A stretch of 64,000 nucleotides of DNA from Pseudomonadota bacterium (lineage in GTDB: Bacteria; Pseudomonadota; Gammaproteobacteria; GCA-001735895), in the NCBI GenBank assembly GCA_022563685.1, contig JADFMY010000001.1:10707-74706 (forward strand), written 5' to 3'. Within the stretch, counting starts at the first letter, position 1; every line of letters starts with the position of its first letter. The notes beneath the pieces were generated by a model. That model saw nothing but the letters and a program-made list of their open reading frames with translations, made no database searches and was not told the DNA's origin. The position numbers and the translations under genes were made by a program. This document shows positions 8,644 through 14,982 of this stretch, one piece after another.

Positions 8644-10812
8644 TCAGCTAGTATTTCTGGGGTCGTCTGGGTCGAGATGAAACTGTCCGTTTTGCATCCA
8701 TTTATCTTTAACCTGGTCAACAGTATGCGCTGTAATTTCCTGCTGCTTATGTTGCCTGGCCCAGGTTTCAATTTCCTGAATCAGCATGCCGCGAATCATC
8801 TTCGGCGCCCTGGCTATTTTATCCCTGGCAGCCGCTTGCCAGTTGAGCGATTCCTGCACTTTGTCCGAACCCTTTCGAAAGACTGTCATGATGTTTTTAA
8901 CAAACTCTACGTCGATAGACTGTAAGCCCGTTTTTCGGGCTATGGTTTCCATGGCATTAATGCCCATGTCCCGGCAGTAACCCTCGGGAATATTATCCAG
9001 CAGTTTTTTGGAACCCGGCTCCCATACCATTGCTGTATCCTCACCCACATCTGCTGTATCCTCACCCGCATCATCAGCCAGAGCCCTACCGGCAAACGGA
9101 CATTTACTCGCTTTAGGCGCGGGTTTTTCTCCACTCCTGACCTGCTCTTCCATTTCAAGGCGGGCAATTTCGAGTCCCTTTTCTACCACTTCCAGCGAGA
9201 TATTATGAGTGTTGGTTTTGATTGCATAATTTTCGATATTCTTTTTCGCCGTATCGCGCATAAATCCCTCTGGAGCCCGCATTAACCTCGCGATAGCTGC
9301 AGCCTCCCAGTGTAATTCCTGAACCTCGGTGGTTTCATCGCCGGATTCTCTGGTTTGCGTAAAGGGCTGTATATGCTGCACCTCAACTTGCCAGGTTTTA
9401 TCGGCGCGCGCCTTTTTTTCCGCGCGGCCCTTGAGATTCTCTCGCAGCGAGGGGTCGTTTACCGATTGCAATAGAACCTCCGCTGCGTCGCTCCAGACCA
9501 TAACTTGAGAGGTCACGGATTTTTTCAGTTCTCCACGATCGGCCGCATCTACGATTTCCTGCAGCGCATTTTCAGCATTACCCGGCATCAGTTCCGCGGT
9601 TGCCGCCTCGACGATACTTTCAGTGATTACCGTGTGACCCTTTTCATGGGCGTATCGTAAAATTGCCATCCTGGCCATCGGGCGCACAAAATCGGGCACC
9701 CTGAGCATGCGTTTTTCTGCTTCAACCGACCAGGAAGTGGTCGTTGCAGCGATACGATCGATACGCGGCTGGTGCTCCTGCATACTCAGCAAAATCGCAC
9801 AATTGACATTACGCAGCAAGTTTTCGGCGTTGCCGCCGATGTCGAGCTCAGGGTCGGCGTGGACACCCATTTTGCCAATGACCAGTAACGAGGGGTTTAT
9901 TTCGGCGACATATTTTTCAATCGCATCGTAGGCTTTACCATCCAGCAATCGGGTTTCAATTTCTACATCATAGTCCTGTGCTATCGATTGAGCGACATCC
10001 AGATGTCCCTGATATATCTTTGCGAGCCCCGAATCGATGATATCTTCATGCAGCTTTTCCTGCTCTTTGAACTTGAACACTTTTTCGGCCTCTTCGGATA
10101 GCACCTCGGCTATGCGGTTAAACGCCACATAGTGGTAATAAGGGTCAAACGTGGCGATGACTTTTATCTCGACCTGCCACTGTTTCGCCAGTGAAAATGC
10201 CGTGAGCAAAGCGCCGTATGACTTGCTCGAACCATCCAGCGCAACGACAATGGGGCCTTCACTGAGCTTACGCTGCGGCTGCTTGATAACCAGCGTATCG
10301 ATATTGCTGCGGCGTACAGTCCTGCCGCAAACGGTGCCGATACGACTACCCTCGATGGCGCCAACCCCAATCGATCCCATCACCAGCAAATCGTAAGTAC
10401 CGTTATTGGCCTCACCCACCAGGGCGCGGTAATTTTTGCCCTCAAGCGATGACCGGTGGAAATCTAATTCCTGCTGCTGACATAGCCTGTCGATCTGATC
10501 CAGATACGATTCGGTAATAATCGACAGGCCGCGCGTGATTAATTCGTTGTGTACCTCGCGCTGATGTTCGAGTTCCTGCTCTACCCGGTATTGCTCGGGT
10601 AAACCACCTTCCATCTGCCGAAAACGTAAATCGTGCATCTTCGCCGCATAGGCATGGGTACCCGTGATTTTGCTACCCCAGTATTGAGCCAACCTGACGG
10701 CTTCTTCGACTGCCTGGTTGGAGTGATCGGAAGAATCGACTGCCACCAGTATTGACTGGTATTGCGTTAACGGATCAAGTGACTTCTTCGGTTGTTGAGC
10801 GATTGCAGTCAT
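8644..10812 (-). CDS. multidomain protein: two universal stress protein (USP) domains followed by five PCP_red-like repeats
   Basis: ORF 8644..10947, trimmed to the ATG at 10812 (MTAIAQQPKK). USP blocks are ILVAVDSSDHS...LLVMGSIGVG and IVVALDGSSKS...LLVIGKMGVH. Five repeats of W-x2-x-A-x3-L-x2-P-x-(F/M)-(V/M/C)R...E..A follow. Confidence 0.75.
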   Translation of the reverse strand: MTAIAQQPKKSLDPLTQYQSILVAVDSSDHSNQAVEEAVRLAQYWGSKITGTHAYAAKMHDLRFRQMEGGLPEQYRVEQELEHQREVHNELITRGLSIITESYLDQIDRLCQQQELDFHRSSLEGKNYRALVGEANNGTYDLLVMGSIGVGAIEGSRIGTVCGRTVRRSNIDTLVIKQPQRKLSEGPIVVALDGSSKSYGALLTAFSLAKQWQVEIKVIATFDPYYHYVAFNRIAEVLSEEAEKVFKFKEQEKLHEDIIDSGLAKIYQGHLDVAQSIAQDYDVEIETRLLDGKAYDAIEKYVAEINPSLLVIGKMGVHADPELDIGGNAENLLRNVNCAILLSMQEHQPRIDRIAATTTSWSVEAEKRMLRVPDFVRPMARMAILRYAHEKGHTVITESIVEAATAELMPGNAENALQEIVDAADRGELKKSVTSQVMVWSDAAEVLLQSVNDPSLRENLKGRAEKKARADKTWQVEVQHIQPFTQTRESGDETTEVQELHWEAAAIARLMRAPEGFMRDTAKKNIENYAIKTNTHNISLEVVEKGLEIARLEMEEQVRSGEKPAPKASKCPFAGRALADDAGEDTADVGEDTAMVWEPGSKKLLDNIPEGYCRDMGINAMETIARKTGLQSIDVEFVKNIMTVFRKGSDKVQESLNWQAAARDKIARAPKMIRGMLIQEIETWARQHKQQEITAHTVDQVKDKWMQNGQFHLDPDDPRNTS
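9031..9072. repeat. in-frame 21-bp tandem duplication (2 units, 1 mismatch) inside the USP/PCP_red gene
   Basis: tgctgtatcctcacccacatc / tgctgtatcctcacccgcatc. These encode DAGEDTA / DVGEDTA in an acidic linker between repeats 3 and 4. Confidence 0.85.
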
Positions 10813-10838
10813 GATTAATGGTTGCCCCCTTTTAAAGA

Positions 10839-10970
10839 TTACTGGCCGAAAAATAACCAGTAAGAAAATAAGTAAAGCACGACAAGAATATTGATCGCAG
10901 CACCGGCAAGTACAAAATAATCGAACCCGGTAAGCTGCTGGAACCAATGTTGTTGCGGGTTCTGTTTCAT
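10839..10970 (-). CDS. small hydrophobic peptide (43 aa, one TM helix)
   Basis: MKQNPQQHWFQQLTGFDYFVLAGAAINILVVLYLFSYWLFFGQ. It fills the gap between two operon genes on the same strand. I recognise no family. Confidence 0.35.
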   Translation of the reverse strand: MKQNPQQHWFQQLTGFDYFVLAGAAINILVVLYLFSYWLFFGQ

Positions 10971-10992
10971 CAATTCGCTAACCGCCCGGTTG

Positions 10993-11757
10993 TTATTTTT
11001 TAAAGCTGAAATCAACGGTTTGTGTCGCACCGGCAGATACCGTGGCTTTGCCCTTCTGGGTACCGAGCGTACCATGAAAAGCCATCACTTTGTAACTGCC
11101 CGCGGGAATATTGTCGATGCTGTAAGTGCCATCTTCGGCGACCTGTGCGTAATAGGGATTCTTTGCAACGAAAATAAATCCGTGCATAAATTCATGCGCG
11201 TCGCATTCGATCTTCATTGCTACGCCACGCTTGAGTTTGACTTTTTTATTTATCGTACCTTTATCGGGCTGGCTAATATTCATCACCGTCTTTTTAGCCT
11301 TACCGATAATTTCGTAGGTATGTATGTTATGCAACACCGGGTCTTCGTTGACAATGGCGACATTGTTATCGTTATGCATTATTTGCGTGAAAGGCTGAAA
11401 TTTGCAGCCCTGTTGCAAGATTGTCGCATCCCTTTGCGAATCGTCGAAAGCCTTGCCCTGTTTGACTTTATCGAGGTAGACCACCACATCGGTGAGGCGA
11501 CCGCTATTGACCCTGACATAATCGATCGATCGATTACCCGATCCACAGACATCGTTGTCTTTGGCGATTTTAAAAACCACAGGTGCCGGAACCTGCCCCG
11601 GATAAAACACCTTGCCACTGATGCTACCACCGTCGACAACGTCGATGACTTTATATTTGGCGGCCATAGCATTCTGGCTACCAGTAATGGCCAGAATCAG
11701 GCCGCTAACAATAAAAAAATTTCTTACCACAGGAATTCCCCTTCTAGTTTCATTCAA
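10993..11757 (-). CDS. secreted cupredoxin-like protein with a C-terminal carboxypeptidase-regulatory-like beta-sandwich
   Basis: Signal peptide (FFIVSGLILAITGSQNAMA). C..H..M-type patch CDAHEFMHG. C-terminal AEDGTYSIDNIPAGSYKV...TVDFSF is typical of CarboxypepD_reg folds. ATGA overlap with the HEAT gene. Confidence 0.6.
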   Translation of the reverse strand: MNETRRGIPVVRNFFIVSGLILAITGSQNAMAAKYKVIDVVDGGSISGKVFYPGQVPAPVVFKIAKDNDVCGSGNRSIDYVRVNSGRLTDVVVYLDKVKQGKAFDDSQRDATILQQGCKFQPFTQIMHNDNNVAIVNEDPVLHNIHTYEIIGKAKKTVMNISQPDKGTINKKVKLKRGVAMKIECDAHEFMHGFIFVAKNPYYAQVAEDGTYSIDNIPAGSYKVMAFHGTLGTQKGKATVSAGATQTVDFSFKK

Positions 11758-14180
11758 TGTCTGGATGCGGATTGATCGGCTGTGAAGCGGTACATCTCTT
11801 CCAGCATTTCAATCACAAATCGTCGCTCATAACTGCTAGTCAAATCTTTTAATAGCTGAATCAGTTTTTCGGTAGCCTGAACCGGTGCGATGTCTTTCAG
11901 GATCAGTGCCATATCACGGGTTCTACCGCCCTGATTACTAACCGCAGATTTGATTATTTGTTCTATGGCCCTGTCGATCAGCTGCTGTTGCTGGTTTATT
12001 TCATCGTGCAATAGACAGCGTTTAATATTTTTTACCGCACTGTAGCGTACACCGCTCTCACTATCTTCGAGGCAATCGATTAAGCTTATGAACCACTCGC
12101 TGAGCGACGGTGGTAACTCTGGAACATGCGCATTTTTCAGCAACTCGTCGCCATCGAGCATCAAGTCTGTAATCGATTGAATAGCCTGGATCTTCAATGC
12201 CGCCCGACTATGATCGAGTGCGGTGATTAGAATCGGTATCGCAGCGCGATTGCGTATCGCTGCCAGCGCTTTCATACAGGCGAGTTTTAAATCCCATTGT
12301 TCGTTGTGGAATTGAGTCACCAGCCCTCCAAAGGCATACTCTATGCCCGGAGTTTTTGGGTTTGCGATTGCAATCTGTGCTATCGATTCAGCCGCGCAAG
12401 TGCGTAATTTGCAATCCTCGGCGTTTAACGCCGATAGCAGACTGTTGATGATGCGCGTGGATTTCTCTTCGCTTAAATGCCCCGGTAAACCGGACAGTAT
12501 TCTGGCTGCCAGACGTCGTACATCGCTTGCTACGGAGACATCTTCTTTTTGATCGAATAACCATTCGCTGCGTACAATATTATCCTGTACCAAATCACGG
12601 TATTCATCGAGCGATGGGTCGGGATCCTGATCTATTGCCGGTTCGTTATTCATCTGTTTGAGAGATTCTTCTACCTGCTGATTATCCTGCAGGATCGATT
12701 CCAGCGTCGACATTGCTTCGACAGCCTGATCATCGCTGGATTCCTGTTCCTCCGGGGTTATTTTCGCCTCTGGTTCAAGCCTGCCCGGATTTGCGCTATC
12801 GACGATTGAAGCGACTTCAATTTCCAGTACAACCCGGCCATTGAGTGTCTGGTTTACAATATCTATAGGCGTGGAGTGCGTATCTTGATCCAGGTTAACT
12901 TCGTCCAGGTTTTTCTCCAGGGACATTAAGGCCTGCAAGGTAGTGAGCCTGATGCTGCTATCATTATGGTTGATCAGGCTTGTCATAATCCGCGAAACCT
13001 TGACATTCCAGCGGCATAACTGTGCCAGAATGTCAATACAACTGGTTATAATCTGACTGGATAATTTAGGTCGCAGTATTAACTGTATGAGTTGAGCCTG
13101 GGCCTGTTCGGGGTTAGATAACTTGAGCAGCAAGGGGATTGCCGCCAGAATCACCTTTTCATTCTTATCATTCAAGGCCGACAGAATTTGGTCGCTTAGC
13201 TGATCCTGGTCGAGTTTGGTAGCGGTCGATTGCAGAGATTGCAGATAGGCCGCTCTGACATCGGCATCGGGGTCTTTCAATAGTCGTTGGCTGACGGCTA
13301 TAGGTGTGCTTTTTTCGCCCGCTATTTCCGATTTAACCATGAGGCTCAGATCGTTATATGCCAGAATGGCCGCCTGCCGCACTTTTTCTGAACGATCTTT
13401 CTTGAGTAGTTCTATCGCGCGCAGATATTGGCCTGCTTTTCGATCAACCAGTGCCTGCAGGGCGTTAAGGCGCACTTCTTCTGAACTATCGGTGAATGCA
13501 GAAGCAAGCGCCTTGAGTGATTCTGACGAATTCGAAAACGATAACTCGTGAGCCGCCCGCCGACGTGTCTGGGCTGAGGCCGACTTAAGCTGATCGATAA
13601 CAATTTGTTCACCCTCGCCACCAATACTGACCAGGGATTTTAAAATATCGTGTTCGATATCGAGCACGTCATCGCTACTCAGTAGCTGTTGTAATACTGG
13701 AGTCGCCTGCTCTGCCTTCATCTGGCCCAATGAAATAACAGCCTGACGCTGCATATCCCACCAGTCATCCCAGTCTTCGTTACTGTCGATGATCATATCT
13801 TCTGGATGGTGTTCGGCTAATTGCAGCAATACAGGAATACTTGCAGGGCTTTTGATTTCGCCCAGGGCTTTCACGATAGCGGTCTTTAATTCACCATCTG
13901 GGTCATGTTCCAGCGATTCCAGCAATTGCGGAACAACATGAAGCGCATTCAGCTTTCCAAGTGCTTCTGCGGCATCGATGCAGACATCGATGTCTTCATC
14001 CCTGAGTCTTAATACCAGGTCATCGATCGCCTCTACCGCTCCAATCGAGCCCAGTGCCCGGCTGGCATTACATTTATCCACTTCGTCTCCAGCATCGAGC
14101 AAGTCACGCAAACGATGTATGACCATAGCCTTACACTGGCTGGATGGATCGCTGGTTTGATTGTTATCTGCTACTTGCAC
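11754..14180 (-). CDS. HEAT-repeat (PBS-lyase-like) protein, 808 aa
   Basis: Repeated ~30-aa units such as ASRALGSIGAVEAIDDLVLRLRDEDIDVCIDAAEALGKL and ELKTAIVKALGEIKSPASIPVLLQL run along the whole protein. The start is GTG 14180 and is uncertain. Confidence 0.75.
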   Translation of the reverse strand: MQVADNNQTSDPSSQCKAMVIHRLRDLLDAGDEVDKCNASRALGSIGAVEAIDDLVLRLRDEDIDVCIDAAEALGKLNALHVVPQLLESLEHDPDGELKTAIVKALGEIKSPASIPVLLQLAEHHPEDMIIDSNEDWDDWWDMQRQAVISLGQMKAEQATPVLQQLLSSDDVLDIEHDILKSLVSIGGEGEQIVIDQLKSASAQTRRRAAHELSFSNSSESLKALASAFTDSSEEVRLNALQALVDRKAGQYLRAIELLKKDRSEKVRQAAILAYNDLSLMVKSEIAGEKSTPIAVSQRLLKDPDADVRAAYLQSLQSTATKLDQDQLSDQILSALNDKNEKVILAAIPLLLKLSNPEQAQAQLIQLILRPKLSSQIITSCIDILAQLCRWNVKVSRIMTSLINHNDSSIRLTTLQALMSLEKNLDEVNLDQDTHSTPIDIVNQTLNGRVVLEIEVASIVDSANPGRLEPEAKITPEEQESSDDQAVEAMSTLESILQDNQQVEESLKQMNNEPAIDQDPDPSLDEYRDLVQDNIVRSEWLFDQKEDVSVASDVRRLAARILSGLPGHLSEEKSTRIINSLLSALNAEDCKLRTCAAESIAQIAIANPKTPGIEYAFGGLVTQFHNEQWDLKLACMKALAAIRNRAAIPILITALDHSRAALKIQAIQSITDLMLDGDELLKNAHVPELPPSLSEWFISLIDCLEDSESGVRYSAVKNIKRCLLHDEINQQQQLIDRAIEQIIKSAVSNQGGRTRDMALILKDIAPVQATEKLIQLLKDLTSSYERRFVIEMLEEMYRFTADQSASRH

Positions 14181-14216
14181 TCCAGGTAAACCTCTGGCTT
14201 GTTTAGCCTAACCTAA

Positions 14217-14231
14217 GCACAAACGATGCCA
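14217..14231 (-). promoter_or_regulatory. candidate sigma-54 (-24/-12) promoter for the minus-strand operon
   Basis: The reverse complement reads TGGCATCGTTTGTGCT. GG-N10-GC spacing is correct and the -12 region is imperfect. It lies ~40 nt upstream of the HEAT gene start. Confidence 0.35.
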
Positions 14232-14320
14232 AGGCTGGATAGTATCAATTTAAGTTATTGAAAAATATATACTATCTCATTTTTCATGGATTAATTTCTG
14301 ATGGGATTGGAGACATTAGT

Positions 14321-14430
14321 TGAACGAATCGTTTCATCATCTAAAACTGTCAACCAGGGCTGAACAATTTGTTCAAATCGACCATAGCATGAATTGATCA
14401 ATTGCGCCCTGATTATTGAACGCTTCGTTA
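14321..14430. promoter_or_regulatory. three related dyad-like sites, TGAAC-N4-(C/T)GTT: candidate activator binding sites
   Basis: TGAACGAATCGTTTCA (14321), TGAACAATTTGTTCA (14361, the best dyad) and TGAACGCTTCGTTA (14417). All lie in the divergent intergenic region between two candidate sigma-54 promoters. Confidence 0.3.
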
Positions 14431-14563
14431 CTCTGGATGCTTTAATAGTCACCTGTTATGATTCTTGCCAGGGCAAGGTAAAAACAGAAACCCGAATATA
14501 AACCGCTGATTTATAGGCAAAACTTCGAGTATTTCGATTCACCCGACAGGTTTGTGAATCTAC

Positions 14564-14579
14564 TGGCAGGATATTTGCA
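14564..14579 (+). promoter_or_regulatory. sigma-54 (-24/-12) promoter of the CydA-like/cytochrome c operon
   Basis: TGGCAG-gatat-TTGCA against the consensus TGGCAC-N5-TTGCA. It lies 39 nt upstream of the first micro-ORF ATG. Confidence 0.65.
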
Positions 14580-14617
14580 GAAGACCTGCAAATTTATAGT
14601 GAAGGCGGGATGTGGTC

Positions 14618-14767
14618 ATGAGTGGACAAAACGACGAGCTCGATAACGGACCGGACGATGATTCGGTCACCTGGGGCCCGATATTGTTTTACGGCACCCT
14701 CATCGCCGGGTTGGTATTTTTCTGGTGGATGGTGATCTACTCGCATGGCGTATCACCCACACACTAA
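14618..14767 (+). CDS. micro-ORF, 49-aa single-TM peptide (not in the ORF track)
   Basis: ATG preceded by gaaggcggga. MSGQNDELDNGPDDDSVTWGPILFYGTLIAGLVFFWWMVIYSHGVSPTH has an acidic head and one TM helix. It lies directly behind the sigma-54 promoter. Confidence 0.4.
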   Translation: MSGQNDELDNGPDDDSVTWGPILFYGTLIAGLVFFWWMVIYSHGVSPTH

Positions 14768-14798
14768 GCACATTTCGAAATGCTGGTAACCACCGTAT

Positions 14799-14927
14799 AT
14801 GAATAAAACGCTCACTCACTGGCTGCTGGCAGCGGTCATAGTCATCGGTCTGTTTTACGGTTTGAACCACATCGTCATGTCTATGCAAGGGTTACCGCTC
14901 AATCTGAATTTAACTCCGATACAGTAA
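14799..14927 (+). CDS. micro-ORF, 42-aa single-TM peptide (not in the ORF track)
   Basis: MNKTLTHWLLAAVIVIGLFYGLNHIVMSMQGLPLNLNLTPIQ. Its stop abuts the CydA-like ORF. Confidence 0.4.
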   Translation: MNKTLTHWLLAAVIVIGLFYGLNHIVMSMQGLPLNLNLTPIQ

Positions 14928-14982
14928 TGTGTGTCCTGAACTGGTGGATAAAGATGCACTCTGGTCTGGTGGAAATTTAACA

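Noticed and set aside
10990-11775. 261-aa plus-strand ORF mirroring the cupredoxin-like gene
   Set aside because: It is an antisense shadow. The minus-strand frame has a signal peptide, recognisable domains and an ATGA overlap with the operon. The plus-strand product has no recognisable features.
14700-14888. 62-aa minus-strand ORF in the divergent intergenic region
   Set aside because: It overlaps two plus-strand micro-ORFs that have TM helices and sit behind a sigma-54 promoter. The minus-strand product has no features and no upstream signals.
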